From Mobula hypostoma (taxonomy: Eukaryota), in NCBI RefSeq assembly GCF_963921235.1, contig NC_086097.1, forward strand, positions 146,012,001 through 146,076,000: DNA of 64,000 nucleotides. The letters run 5' to 3'. This document shows, piece by piece, positions 22,585-37,400 of this stretch (positions within the stretch are counted from its first letter, which is position 1; each line of letters starts with the position of its first letter). The position numbers and the translations under genes are program-made. Under the pieces are notes generated by a model that ran no database searches, was not told the origin of the DNA, and saw only the letters and a list, made by a program, of their open reading frames with translations.

Positions 22585-24535
22585 GCCAGCACAAGTAGAA
22601 CTTCCCTTCCTGGTATCCTCTGCCTTGCAAAGCACACCTTGCAATCAGGTCTCCCCTTCAGATGGGACCCTCCAAGCATCTTTCCTGGTGCTCTTCTCCC
22701 TGCATCTCCCACCAAAAAGCTCCAAACCAGACTACTGTCCTTCAGAAAGCTCTTCCAGCATAGCTCCTGATAATGTTCCACATCATCCCACTCCTGATTG
22801 GCTGGCACAACATTCCTAAATTGGACAACATGGCTCTTGATCTTTAGCTGAAGCCAAAAGCAGTCTTACAGGACACACTGCTTTTACAGAAAACTGCTAA
22901 AATAAAATACCTCACAGCATTGCAGTAGAAATCATAACCAGGGCATTATATGTATAAACTAAGCAAGTGCACTGATCAAAGAGGAGGATAAACACTTTTT
23001 GAAGTACAGGCCATCCTTGGGTTAAGGATACCTGCCTTATGGACACCCCTGTATATAAATGAGCTCCCATAATATGATTAAATTCATACATCTGATGTTT
23101 GAACATACTTCTGTCCTTACAAGCAGCGGAACTAGTTTCTTTTCCATTTTTAGAAATTGTACTTCCTTATCAGTCATACATGCTTATGTCACTGATTGCA
23201 ATATGTACAAGAATGGTTACCATAGTGAGAGATTTTTATGTATTTTTTTAACTAAAAGACAAAATTGACCTTTGGATGTGTCTGGAACCTGGCGATGGTG
23301 TGCATCTAAAACCAGTCAGTGGACAAAAGAAATTATTCAGATTCAAGATAAATTAATCATTAGCACCTGCTGGTGTGTATTTGTGAAATGGGATTCAAGT
23401 CAGCACTAAGAGCTGGAAATTAGTCATGGATCACAAAGGCTAGACACACTATAGAGATTACAAATGAACTGAACTTTGGAAGGAGGGTGTAACATACAGC
23501 TTTATTATATGTCATTCATAGAAAAGCCAGCGTATAAATTATTACCCCATGTCTACTTGACAAAAGTGTTGGTGAATCTTTCTCATCAAAGAAATTCCAT
23601 AATTTTGACCCTACAGGAATGAAAGAACGTATTTCCATCACAGCATGGAGGAAAGGTACTAACTGGCTGTGTTCTTGCGCATGTGCTTTACATAGTTAGT
23701 CACTGATCTCAGAGGTGTAGAGAAAGGACGTGTTCTGACATAGCTGCGGTATATTGTAATCATGGTATGCTATTGGCAGACAGAATGATAGTTGGTAATA
23801 AATTACAAATAGGGTACTGATATTTGGATTATATTTTTTGTGTGACTGTACTTTACTGATATCTTATATGTGCCACATATGCTTTATGCTGTGTATGACT
23901 GTTGGTACTGTGTTTTGCACCTTGGCCCTAGAGTAACACTGTTTTGTTTAGCTGTATTCATGGATATATATGGTTGTATGAACTTGAACTATGAGCTATG
24001 AATAAAACTTGAACACCGAGCTATGAATAAAACAGATACCTTTGCCTTGGATGTTGTTAGGCTTCCTAAGTATTAATGCTGTCATTCAGCTAAAAGTAAT
24101 GAATCATCACCATAATTTGTTCCTTGTCGATGAAAAAGAGGATTTGGTGATTCAGCAGTGAATCGTTCATACAGAATACTCAGCCTCTGAGTAGTAAATG
24201 CTACAACATCTATATGAATGGTCATGTAAGATGTTGATTTCAAGGATTTGGTGACAGTAACACTGTTGATTCTCATGGCAATCTGGATGGGTCCTTTCAT
24301 TGTCGATGCAATAGGATATAGTAGGCTCCTTCATTATCTGAAGAGCAAATGGAAATGATCACTGTGTAGCCATGTCCAAATATCTGACTTGATTACAGAA
24401 GATCATTGATGAAGCAGGCTTCTAAGACACTAGAGATTTTAGAGTTCAGGAGGAGGCTGGAATGGGTCATTCATTTGGAAGTTCTAGCTGAGATAGTTGC
24501 AAATGCTTCAACCTCATCTTTGCATAAATACATCA

Positions 24536-26540
24536 TTCAAAAGTCAAAAGTAAATTTATTAACAAAGTCCATATATGTCACCATATACAACTCTGAGATT
24601 AATTTTATGATGGGCACTCACAGTAAATACAAAGAAACATAACAGAATCAATGAAAAATCACACACAAGATAGACCAATAACCAATGTGCAAAATACGAC
24701 AAACTGTGCAAAAACAAAATAAACAATAAAAATAAATGAATAAGGAATAAATATCAAGAACATAAGATGAAGCATCCTTGAAAGTGAGTACACTGGTTCC
24801 GTGTTAGGGCGAGTGAAGTTATTCCCTTTGGTTCAAGAGCCTGATGGTTGAGAGGTAATAACGGTTCCTGAACCTGGTGATGTGGGTCCTGAGGCTCCTG
24901 TACCTCCATGGCATGAAGAGAGCATGGCCTGTATAGTGGTTGCCCTTGATAATGGATACAGCTTTCCGGTGACATCACTCCTCGTAAATGTGCTAAATGG
25001 CAGGGAGGGCATTACCCATGATGGACTGGGCTGTATCCACTACTTTTTGTAGGCTTTGACATTCAAGGGAATTGGTGTTTCCATACCAGGCCATGATGGA
25101 ACTAGTCAGTATACTCTCCACCACATATCTATAGAAATTTGTCATAGTTTTAGGTGATGTGCTGAATCTTCACAAACTTCTCAGAAAGTAGAGGTACTGC
25201 CGTGCTTTCTTTACAATTGCACTTGTCTGCTGGACCCAGGTCAGATCCTCTGAAATGATGATGCCAAGCAATTTCTCCATCTCTGATCCCCCTGATGAGG
25301 ACTGGCTCATGGACCTCCAGTTTCCTCCTTGTGTAGTCAATAATCAGCTCCTATCCCTCCTATATGCTGATTTGTCACCATTTTTCATTTGGCCAATAAC
25401 AGCGGTGTTGTCAACAAATTGAAATATGGAATTGTGGCTGTGCTCAGCCTCACATTCACAAGTATAAAGCGTGTAGAGCAGGGAACTAAACAGACAGCCT
25501 TGTGGTGCACATGTGCTGATGGTGATTGTGGACGAGATGTAGTTGCCAAGCTGAACTGACTGGGGTCTGCAAGTGAGGAAATTGAGGATCCAGTTGCACA
25601 GGAAGGTACTGAGCTCTTGCAGCTTATCGATTAGTTTTGAGGGAATCATACATGCAGAGCTGTTGTCAATGAAGAGCATTCTGATGTATGCATCTTCACA
25701 GATGTTCCAGGGTTGAGAGAAGAGCCAATGAGATACCATCTGCTCCGGCAGGCAAACTGGAGCAGATCCAAGTTGCTCCTCAGTCAGGAGTTGATATGTT
25801 CTATCACCAGCCTCTCAAAATCCTTCATTACTGTGGATGTAAGGGTTACTGGACGAGGCAGGTTACTATGTTCTTCTTAGGCACCAGTATACTTGAAGCC
25901 TGCTTGAAGCAGGTGGATACCTCAGACTGCCAAAGCGAGAGGTTAAAGATCTCAGTGAACACTCCAGCCAGTTGATCAGTGCAGGTCTTCAGTACTCAGC
26001 CGGATACGTATCTGGGCCAGATGGTTCCTTGGGTTCACCCTCCTGAAGACTGCTTGTATGTCGGCCTCAAAGACTGAAATCACAGGGTCATCCAGGTCTG
26101 TTGGAGTTTGTGAAGGCACCTCTATGTTTTGTTGGTTGTTGGGTAGAAAAGGCATTGGTTGTTGGGTAGAAAGGGCATCTGAGAGCAAAACTTTGTTGTC
26201 ACATACGTCGCTTTGTTTTACCTTGTTGGAGGTAATAGTATTTGAGCATCCATCTGTGATTCCAGTTTGGTCCAGAATTGCAACTTCGCACGTGAAATGG
26301 CTTTCTGGAGGTCATAGCAGAATCTCTTGTACTTTAATTGGTCGCCAGAGCTGAACACCACTAATATGGCCCCCAGCAGATTGAGGATCTCCAGGTTCAT
26401 CCGGGGTTTCTGGTTGAGGAAGACACTGAATGATTTTGTTGGGTTACACTTATCCACGACTGACTTCATCCATGACAACTATGGCGTATTCATTTAGATC
26501 CTCTGATGCCTGGTGGAACTTTCTGCCAGCATTGCAGAGT
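24536..26540 (-). mobile_element. Rex1/Babar-type LINE, degraded
   Basis: [41 protein letters not shown]; (ttgaa/ttgac) tail near 24536. Confidence 0.8.
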
Positions 26541-26810
26541 GAGAATGCTCACAAAGTCTCTTCTTTACACAAATTGTTTGATTGTTCAACATCATTCGTA
26601 CAGCATCATGCAGAGTTTTGGAGCAAAACCTTTACAATTACTCTCCCCACTGATGATGCTTGAGGCACTGAGTTACTCCAGCAGATTGTTGGTTGCTCCA
26701 GATTCCAGCATTTACACTCTTGTGTCTCCATGGTATACCTTTTACTTGATTAAGTCCAGCAGCATATTCCATTTGTATTAGCAGTCATGGACACTTGCAC
26801 CTATTTAATG

Positions 26811-26990
26811 AAAACAGAAAATGCTGGAAAGACTCAGCTGGTTAGGCAGTACCTGTGTAAAGGGAAACAAAGTAAATGCTTCATGTCAAAGACCCTCAAT
26901 CAGAATTGTTTTGATGAGGGTTCTATCTGATCTGTTGAGTGTTTTCAGCATTTTCTGGTTTTAATTCAGTTCTCCAGCAGCTGGAGGTTT
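26811..26990. mobile_element. Palindromic Penelope-terminus-derived element, degraded
   Basis: 'aaaacagaaaatgctggaaagactcagc' / 'gttgagtgttttcagcattttctggtttt' inverted arms. Confidence 0.55.
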
Positions 26991-27148
26991 ATGATTTTCA
27001 CTAATTTAATGCCTGCTGAGATGGTAAATATGCTATAAGATTGAAAAATTGATTGATATAAAAAAGGAGTTCTAGTCATTCAAAATATACACTGCCATTT
27101 CAGGTCAAGTAGTAAATTCTTCCTTCACCCATATCCCAAAAAGAAATT

Positions 27149-30100
27149 GATAGATAGATACTTTATTGATCCCAAAGGAAATTACAGCGTCACAGTTGCA
27201 TTACAAGTGCACAGTTATAAATATTAGAAGGGAAGTAGAAAGAATAAAAAATAAGTTATGACAAACAATCTAACAGGAGGGGGGGTCATCACTTCTCTGG
27301 CTATAGGTTGACTCACTATAGAGCCTAGCGGCTGAGGTTAAGAATGACCTCATATGGCATTCTTTGGAGCAGTGTTGTTGTCTTCATTTATTAATAAAGA
27401 TGCTCCTCTGTTCAGCTAAGGTGGCACGCAGAGGGTGAGAAACATTGTCCAGAATTGCCAGGATTTTCCATAGTGTCCTTTGTTCTACCACAGCCTTCAG
27501 TATGTCCAGTTTAACTCCTATAGCAGAGTCAGCCTTTCTAATCAGTTTATTGAGCCTGTTGGCATCAGCTGTTTTGATTCCATTGCCCCAGCACATCGCC
27601 GTAGATTGTACTGGCAACAACAGACTGGTAGAATGTGTGAAGGAGAGGACTGCATACTCCAAAGGGCCTCGGTCTCCACAAGAAGTACAGGCCTTCTCAT
27701 ACATAGCCTACATTCTCTGTGTTGGTGTTCTACTCAAGTCTGTCATCCAGGTGCACTCCTCACCACATCCATGTCCTCACCATCAATAGTAACAGGGAGC
27801 AATCAAGGCTTAGTCTTCCTAAAGTCCATCACCACCTCCTTTGTCTTACTGATATTGAGCTGCAGATGATTCAGCTTGCACCATCTGGCAAAGTCCTCCA
27901 CCAGGGCCCTGTATTCATCCTCCTGTCCTCCCTTTACAGTATACACCCAACTACTGCTGAGTCATCAGAGAATTTCTGCAGCTGACATGATTCAGTGTTG
28001 GATCTGAAGGTATACAGCATAAACAGGAAGGGAGCCAATACATTCCCTTATAGCCATGTCTGACACACAGTTCTGAAGCCACACAAGCCGTGCTCTGCCA
28101 GTCAGGTAATCCATTACCCAGGATACAATAGAAGTGTCTACCAGCATTGAGTGGAGCATTTCCCCCAACAGTGAGGGCTGTATGGTATTGAAGGCATTTG
28201 AGAAATTAAAAAACAGGATCCTTACAGTGCTGCCCTGATTATCCAGATGGGAGTAGGCTCTGTTCAGCAGGTAGATGACAACATCGTCGACTCCAATGTA
28301 CTCCTTATAGGCATACTGCAGGGGATCTAGGGTTGATCTGACCAGGGGTTAGAGGTGAGCCAGGACCAGCCTCTCTAGGGTCTTTATGATGTGTGAGGTC
28401 AGGGCCACTGGACTGTAGGCATTCAAGACTTTCGATTGACCCTTTTTGGGTACTGAGACCATACACGTGATGTTTTCCACAGTCAGGACCCTTTCCAGGC
28501 TGAGACTCAGATTGAAAATGCACTGGAGAACTCCACATGGCTGCTCAGCACACTCCTTCAGGACCTTGGGGTTCACACCATTTGGTCTCAATGCTTTGCT
28601 GTGTCTGAGTTTCCCCAGATATCCCTTCTCATCAGCTCATCAGGATGTAGTGAAAGTGAGTCCATGATGACTGAGGACTTGATGGAAGGTGGGAGTCGGG
28701 GAAGATTGGGATGATAGCAGTTGGTATGTGGAGGTGTGAATGATAGGTGCAGGGCAAGGAAGGGATGTAGAGAGTGGGTGCCTGTGTTATTTATCTGCGT
28801 GTTGAATTGGAGGTGGGAGGAGGGAGGAAAGTGTTAGTGCTGAGGGAGCATGTGTGCCTCTGCACCTGGACTGGTGTGCTGAGGGGAGTGTGAACAGGAG
28901 GGCAATTGTCAAACCTATTGACGAATTGATTTAACTCATTAACCCATTTGTGGCTGCATTCCAAGGCTCTACAGCTAGGCTCATTCTTCATGCCTCTCCA
29001 CACCTCCTATCTGCTACTCTGCCCAAGCTCTCTCTCTCTCCTGTATTCCTCTTCAGCCACCTTGATCTTCTCCTTAAGCTCCCTCTGTACGTTTCAATTT
29101 CTCCAAGTCTCCTGATCTAAAGGCTCTCTTTTTGTGGTTGAGAAGAGCCTTCAGATCACTGGTGATGCATGGTTTGTTGCCAGGGAAGCAGTGAATAGTC
29201 ATTGATGGTATTACAGCATCTACACAGAAGCTGATGTAGCCAGTGATGCAATCAGTAAGTCCGTTAATGTCCTCCCCATATGGCTCACAAAGCACATTCC
29301 AGTCAGTAACCTCAAAGCAGCCACTCAAGGCCTCGGTGGTCTCTGGAAGCCATCTCTTTACTATCCTGGTGGTAGCTAGCTGTTGCTGTACTTTGGGTTT
29401 ATAAGACCATAAGACCATAAGACAAAGGAGCAGAAGTCGGCCATTCGGCCCATCGAGTCTACTCCGCCATTTTATCATGAGCTGATCCATTCTCCCATTT
29501 AGTCCCACTCCCCTGCCTTCTCACCATAACCTTTGATACCTATCAATCTCTGCCTTAAATACATCCAATGACTTGGCCTCCACTGCTGCCCGTGGCAACA
29601 AATTCCATAGATTCACCACCCTCTGACTAAAAAAATTTCTTCGCATTTCTGTTCTGAATGGGCACCCTTCAATCCTCAAGTCATGCCCTCTCGTACTAGA
29701 CTTCCCCATCATGGGAAACAACTTTGCCACATCCACTCTGCCCATGCCTTTCAACATTCGAAATGTTTCTATGAGGTCTTCTCTCATTCTTCTAAACTCC
29801 AAGGAATACAGTCCAAGAGCGGACAAACATTCCTCATATGTTAACCCTCTCATTCCCGGAATCATTCTAGTGAATCTTCTCTGTACCCTCTCCAACGTCA
29901 GCACATCCTTTCTTAAATAAGGAGACCAAAACTGCCCACAGTACTCCAAGTGAGGTCTCACCAGTGCCTTATAGAGCCTCAACATCACATCCCTGCTCCT
30001 ATACTCTATTCCTCCAGAAATTAATGCCAACATTGCATTCGCCTTCTTTACTACTGACTCAACCTGGAGGTTAACCTTAAGGGTATCCTGTATGAGGACT

Positions 30101-31200
30101 CCCAAGTCCCGTTGCATCTCAGAATGTTGAATTCTTTCCCCATTTAAATAATAGTCTGCCCATTTATTTCTTCTGCCAAAGTGCATAACCATACACTTTC
30201 CAACATTGTATTTCATTTGCCACTTCTTTGCCCATTCTTCCAATCTATCCAAGTCTCTCTGCAGACTCTCCGTTTCCTCAGCACTACCGGCCCCTCCACC
30301 AATCTTTGTATCATCAGCAAACTTTGCCACAAGGCCATCTATTCCATAATATGAGAAGAACCAGGTTCTTATACATGAGAAGAACCAGGTTCTTATACAT
30401 GAGAAGAACCAGGTTGTGATCTGATCTTCCAAAGCGGGGAGAGCTACGGAGCTGTATGCATCTTTAACATCTGCATACAGGAGATCCAGTGTTTTATTTT
30501 CTCTTGTATGACACTTGACAAACTGATCAAAGGTGGGTCAGGCTGTCGAGAGCGAAACATGGTTGAAGTCTCCCGATACTGCAGTGAAGGCATTGGGATG
30601 TTGAGTCTGGAGTTTTGCAATGGTTGTGTGTACGTTGTCACACGCAGCATCGGGACAGTGTCGGGCAGGCGGAATGTGGGCAGCGAGCAATATGGTGTGG
30701 CTGAACTCACGCAGTAGACAAAACGTTCACAAATTCACAGTAGGCAGTTCAATGTCCAGACTGCAGATTCATTTTTTTTAAAGAAATGTGATCAGGATTA
30801 CTCCATCTATTGTACACAAGCACAGCAAGCCCAGCTCCCTTCCTCTGACCTGCACTGTAGAATAACTCTGTCTCCTCATACAGTTGTAAATCCATTCACA
30901 ACAGTGTTGGAATCTGGGATTTGCTCGTGTAGCCATGTCTCGGTGAAACACATAACACTGCATTCTCAATATTCATTCTGTGTTCTCGTGAGTACTGCTA
31001 GTTCCTCCATTTTATCTACCAGCTATCTTACGTTCCCCCTAATGATAGACAGGAGATATAGTTTGCATCTCCATCTCTTGTTGTGCTGCTTTTTACCCAA
31101 TCTGCAGCCTCAGTACCTCTATTTCTGCTTATCTGGAATATCGAGCTTCTGCTAGGCAAACAAAGGCTACTTCCCGGCTGCTAGTAGCTGCCCCCTCGTG
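27149..31200 (-). mobile_element. Near-full-length Rex1-type LINE (endonuclease + RT), interrupted by a CR1
   Basis: (gata)n tail at 27149; GVNPKVLKECAEQ, YSPVALTSHIIKTLERLV, CFEVTDWNV, SDHNLVLL; same family as 60190-61201. Confidence 0.82.
29401..30350 (-). mobile_element. Young 5'-truncated CR1 LINE
   Basis: (ataagacc)n tail; ORF 29521..30432 has KFADDTK, RPHLEYC, RGHDLRI, FFSQRVVNLWN. Confidence 0.93.
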
Positions 31201-31367
31201 TACACAATTTTGCCTCCACATCTGTAGTCAAAGCACTTGATGGAATAAAGCATTCCAAGAGCCAGAAGGATGGTGAAAATGTGGATTTTTTTTCTTGGGC
31301 AGGAATTATTAGTCTATTAATGTAACCAGAACTATGACAAACTGGGACATAACTATACATTTTGTGT

Positions 31368-32730
31368 ATCAGAATCAGAATCAGGTTTATTATTACTGAC
31401 ATACTGTAAGTTGTGAAATGTACTGTTTTGTGGCACCAGTACCATCAGTGCAAGACATAAAAATTGCTGTAAGTTACAAAAAAAGATGTGGTGCACAAGA
31501 CAAATAATGGACCGTGGACCATTTGGAAATCTGATGGCAGAGGAGGAGAAGCTGAGGCTTTATAAGGCATTTATCAGATGACACATTCAGCATTGTAAGC
31601 AGTTTTCGGGCCGTTGTCTAAGAAAATATATGCCGACATTAGAGAAGGTCCAATGGAGGCTCACAGAGAGTTATTCTGGGAATGGAAGGGTTAAACTATG
31701 GAGACTGTTTGATGGCTCTGGGCCTGTATTCACTGGAGTTTTGAAGAATGAGGGGGGATCTCATTGAAAACTGTTGAATGTTGCAAGGCATAGATAGAGT
31801 GGATGTGGAAAGGATGTTTCCTATCGTGGGGGAGTCTAGGACCAGAGGCCACAGCCTTAGAATAGAGGGAAATCCATTTAGAACAGAGATGAGGAGGATT
31901 TTTTTTAGCCAGAGGGTGGTGAATCTGTGAAATTCATGGCAACAGATGACTGTGGACGCCAAGGCACTGGGTATATTTACAGCCGAGGTTGATAGATTCT
32001 CACTTCAGCAGGGTGTCAATGGTTACAGGGAGAAGGCAGGAGAACGGGCTGAGAGGGATAATAAATCAGTCATGATGTAACAGCTGAGTAGATTCAATGG
32101 GCTGAATGGCCTAATTCTTCTCCTATGTCTTATGGTCTTAAACTCTTCTTAAAACATTGTGTGTGCATCGTCAGGCTCCTCCCCTATTGTCGTGACATGA
32201 GGAGGGCATGTCCTGGATGGTGAGGTGTTTAATGAAGGATGCCATCTTCTTGAGGTACGGTCTCTTGAGAATGTCCTCAGTGGCAGGGAGGGATGTGCCT
32301 GTGTTGGAACTGGCCGAGTTTACAACTCTCTGCAGCCTCTTGTGATCCTGTGTACTGGAGCCTCCACATCATGCAGCAAGTTAGAATGCTCTCCACTGTA
32401 CAGCTGTATAAATTTGTAAGAATGTTTGATGGCATACAACTTCTCCTCAAATTGCCAAAGAAATAGAGCCACCTTTTCTTGATTGCATCAGTGTGTGGGT
32501 TTCAGGATAGACCGTCGGAGATGTTGATGACCATGAACTCGAAGCTGTTCACCCTTTTCACTGCTGACATTTCTATTAGGACTGGTGTGTGTTCTCACAA
32601 CTTCTTTCTGAAGGCACCAATCAATTTGTTGGTCTTGCTGATGCTGACAGTGAAATTGTTGTTGCAAAGCACGCAATGAGTCAATGTACTGTAGCTTGCT
32701 CTTGAATACCCCTCTGTTGCCATCTGAGAT
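31368..32730 (-). mobile_element. Degraded Rex1-type LINE 3' part, split by a CR1 fragment
   Basis: (atcaga)n tail at ~31368-31385; RT C-terminal remnants resume after ~32140. Confidence 0.6.
31555..32140 (+). mobile_element. CR1 LINE 3' fragment
   Basis: 'gaagaatgaggggggatctcattgaaa', 'tttagccagagggtggtgaatctg', 'tcttatggtctta' tail. Confidence 0.85.
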
Positions 32731-34489
32731 CCTGCCAAAAACAGAACCACTAGGAAGTTTCAAAAGCAAAAGATACAAGTAAAAATTAAGCAGTTAAGAA
32801 TATAACATAATGGTAACAGAATTTCTGAAACATCAAGAAAGGTATCTGAAAACATTCAGCTTCAGTGGAATAAGTGAGATAACTTGATGACATAACCAAA
32901 CAAAAAAGTAATCGTGGTAGTGGTAGGGCTGTTCTGTAGTGAGGGGGTATGCTTCTCTGGCTCATAGTTGTTCCCATTGCTGGATTCTGAAAAAATATTC
33001 AACATGTGCTTGTTCAACTGAGTCCTTTCCCATCTGTAATCACACCATATTACTTTACAGAAGCTCTTCAATCTGACTGCGAGTTATACACATTTCGTCC
33101 CTGCACTCAAAGAATGTACTGGTAGTAAAAATGACAGATAAGCTGTTATTGGTTCTTGTACCTTACTTTAGAAATTAGATTTCCTGCAACAAAACTCTCA
33201 AGTTGCATCTGTAAACCTCACAGAATTCCAATGATCTGATAAGTTTTTTTTTAGAGATTTATCCCTCTGGTCACTTTTTCCTTACAGCATATGTCTATTG
33301 ATCATACTGTATCTTGAATATTCTTTCTGAATCTCAGTCTTCTCACACCAACTCCTCATTCTTAATACATAACAGTCCTTTGTTCTTTTCAATGGCCTTT
33401 GGCCTCTTTCTCTATTTGACAGCTTACCAGTCTTGCCATTCCACTTCCCTGTCAGGTCCCCTTGCACACACTTGTTTCTACCCCTAGGAGGTGGTGCACC
33501 CGCACCTCCCTGTGGAGGAAAAGAATGGGTAGTGTATTGCAATAGGCTTGTTGCTTCTCTTTACTTCTGTCTCATCCTAAAAGTTGCATGGGAATGCAAA
33601 GTTGGTTTTACCAGCCATATTCTGCCCGTTGCTAGTGGTGAAAAGCTGTTAACTTCAAAAGGCAACCAGCCTTCTTGCAGAGGTAGCCTCAATTAGTATC
33701 AACTCTGTGATTCGTACCGTATCTACCTTGGACAGGTAGATTGGGGGTGGGAGCTTAACAAGTTGAATGATGTCACAAGTACTGACCTGAGATGTTGAGG
33801 GAGTCATTTAGACCCTTTGGGAGAGACTTGGAGGACGACATGGTTCTGAATTTCCCGACTTCTCACTGGGGCAACATTGCCAACTAGACCATACTTCCAC
33901 TATCCATGGCAGGACTCCCAAGGTTTTTAGCTGTTTGAGGTCAATTAAAATGGGCATGCGATATCTCAATGGTGGCTCCGTAGCCTTCCATCCCTCAGTT
34001 TGCAATCACTGGGGATACATTTTGTTGGAGTTTTAGATAGGGAAATGAGCACAGAAGACAGGCAATAAGTGGTTACACATGGGCGATTTTTAATTATCTC
34101 TGTTAGTTATTAAACACAAATGGAATTGCTTTGCTGGATACAATTTCTTGCTCCTAAATATTTTGTTGGCATTAAAGTCTGTAGTAAATTGATAGAAAAC
34201 TAAAAAGATGGGACTGAGAGAAGGTAATTGGATGTTGGCAGCAAAGGTTGACAGACTAGTGCTACATCTATGTGGGAGGGACAGATCATGCAAAATAGAT
34301 GAAGCGAAGGCTACCGGGAGCTGTGGGCTCTGATGCTTAATGATCCTACATACTCCTTGACCTACTCTTTTCACCCTCATGCTTTTCTTCCTTGTCCTTT
34401 AATGCTTGCTAAACGTGATGGAAATCAGTTTTGTGTTTACATACAACATGCAGCAGCTGCCCTCTTGTCTGGAGGGGGCCACTGTTAAG

Positions 34490-37400
34490 GGTTAAAAATT
34501 CAGCCAGCTCCATCGTGGGCATGCATCTTCAAAAGGTGATGCCTCAAAAAGTTTGCATCCATCATTAAGGATCCTCATTGCCTAGGACATGCTCCCTTAT
34601 TATCACCATCCGAGAGGAGATACAGGAACCTGAAGGTACACACGCAATGTTTTAGGAACAGCTTCTTCGACTCCACGATCAGATTTCTGAATGGACAATG
34701 AACCCTCCCATGAACACTACCTCACTATGCTTGTTCTCCTTCTGCACTACGTACTTAATTTAAATTTTTAAAATCCATTTCCTACTATTATTTATGTTTT
34801 TTTAGATTTTACTGCAAAACAAATTGCATGACATATGTCAGTGATATTAAACGTGATTGTGAGTCTGATGATCACAAATCCATTTACTTCAGGGCTCCAA
34901 AGTTTTTCTCAAAAGGTCCAGGCAGCAGAAGCAACTTTGGATCACACCAAGTTATGCTTGTTACATCTGCTGCTGCACCCAGTTCCCTCACAGAAGCACG
35001 AGCAACACTTGAAGAATTTCCATTATTATTGACCAGGTAATTTGTGAAGTGTCGTATTGCTTGCAATAAAAGCATTGCAGAGGAAAGACACAGGATAAAT
35101 TAACCTGACTGCTGTCAGTAAACTGGACACAGCATTAATCTCCAGCACCCCAGTTTCACAAAATGATGTGAGAAACAATCCAGTCTCAGATGTCAGATGA
35201 CGACACTGCTTCTACCAGACACCTATTCAGGCTGAGCCAATTGAGTTACTAGCTGACTGCCAAGTTTTTGCTGGCAAAATATAGCTTATTTGAATAATAA
35301 AATGATTAACAATATGCTGAAATGTATCTTATTTAACTTAACCTTCTGCAATAATACAAGAGAAAATGCAGGGAGCTTCCATTTAAAAAAACATATTTTC
35401 TTTGCAAGGTTAATTTCCTTTGTTTTTTCCACTAAATATTCAATCTACGAAGGTTGTTGGGAATGCAACAAAATTTGGGAGATTATCATTTTGCTCAGAA
35501 AAGAACATCATGTGGTTTTCAACATTATTTTATCATATGTGTAAAAGAATAAAGCTTGGATGTTATGTTTGGAATAAGATTAAGAAGCAGAAGATACAGG
35601 AAATATTCAGCAAGTCAGGCCATGTTTGTGGGAAGAGAAACAGAGTTAACTCTTCAGGTTGTAGCTGATCCCTATGGTCATCATTTTAGATAGTGTACCC
35701 TTGCAAGGCATCAGTCTGTAGTGGTGTACCTGGCAGGGTACTGAAATTCTATGCCAAATAGCTGTCTGGAGTATTCAAGGACATCTTCAATCTCTCACTG
35801 TCAGAGGCTTCCCCTACTTCAAAAGTGTATCAATCATACTGAAAAAGATGAATCGTACTGAAGAAGATCAATCATACCCAAGAAGAGCAGGATGAGCTGT
35901 CTCAGCGGATAGCAACTGGTAGCACTTAGATCTACTGTAGTGAAGTACTTCGAGATAATGATCATAGCAAAAATTAACTCCTAAATAAGGACCTGGACCC
36001 GCTGAAATTTGCCTACCACCACAATAGGCCTACAGCAGATGCAATTTTACTTTGCTTTGGAGCACTTGACAACAGCAAAACAACTCCTCGCTGACAATAC
36101 CTGTACACCTCAAGGATGCATGCCTAGCCCACTGTTCTATGAGTGGCTAAGCACAGCTCAAACGTGATTTATAAATTCATTGATGTCACCACTGTTGTTT
36201 GCAGAATCTCAGCTGATGATGAGGAGGCATACAGGAATGAGATAGCTCAGATAGATACAAGAGGCTGTGGAAGTTTATAGACTCACTCAACTAGTTCCAT
36301 CACGGAAACTACTCTCCCTGCTATCAAGGACATCTTCAAGCAAATGGTCAAAATCTCCCATCAATTACATAATGTACTGGGTGGGCACAGGAGTACATTC
36401 AGCCAGAGACTCATTCCACCGAGATGCAACACAGAGCATCATAGGAAGTCATTCCTGCCTGTGGCCATCAAACTTTACAATTCCTCCCTTGGAGGGTCAG
36501 ACACCCTGAGCCAATAGGCTGGTCCTGGACTTATTTCATAATTTACTGGCATAATTTACATATTACTATTTAACTATTTATGGTTCTATTACTATTTATT
36601 ATTTATGGTGCAACTGTAACGAAAACCGATTTCCCCCGGGAGCAATAAAGTATGACTATGACTATGAAGAAATGGTGGGTCAAGTTCAAAGTCAATTCAT
36701 TATCAAAGTACATATATATCACCACAGACAACCCTGAGATTCATTTTATTGTGGGCATTTGAAGTAAATACAAAGAAAGACAATATAATCATTATGAAGC
36801 TATACACAAATAAAGGACAAGCAAAGTGTAAAAGATGACAAATGATGAAAATACAAATAATAATAATAATAATAATAAATAATTGTAGCGTCCTTGAAAG
36901 TGAATCCATTGGTTATGAAATACGTTCAGTTTTCGGGGTGAGTGATGTTGTTCACTTTGGTTCAAGAGCCTGATGGTTGAGAAATAATTGTTCCTGAGCC
37001 AGAGGTGTGGGACCTTCCTGATGGCAGCAGTGAGAAGAGAGCATGGACTAGTTGGAGGGGATCCTTGATGATGGATGCTGTTTTCCTGTGACAGTGTCAA
37101 TTGTGGATGTGCTCAATGGGCTTTACCCCTGATGGACTGGGCCGTACCCATTAATTTTTGTTGGCTTTTCCGTACACGGACATGATACAACCAGTCAGTG
37201 GACTCTCCACTGAGCATCTATAGAAGTTTGTCAAAATTTTAAATGACATTTTGAATCTTTGCAACTTCTGAGAAAATAGAAGTGCTGCCACGCCTTCTTT
37301 GTAATGGCAGTCATTTGAATAAGTGGCACCCGTCATTAAAGACTTTAACCATCCAGGAGATAGCCTCTTCTTGTTACTACCATCAGGGAAGTGGGGAGGA

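Larger units (their letters stand above)
17666..22950 (-). mobile_element. Probable older solo LTR split by the Gypsy insertion (17666-17980 + 22585-22950)
   Basis: LTR-like ends and a minus-strand CCAAT box at ~22797; TSD not clean. Confidence 0.35.
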
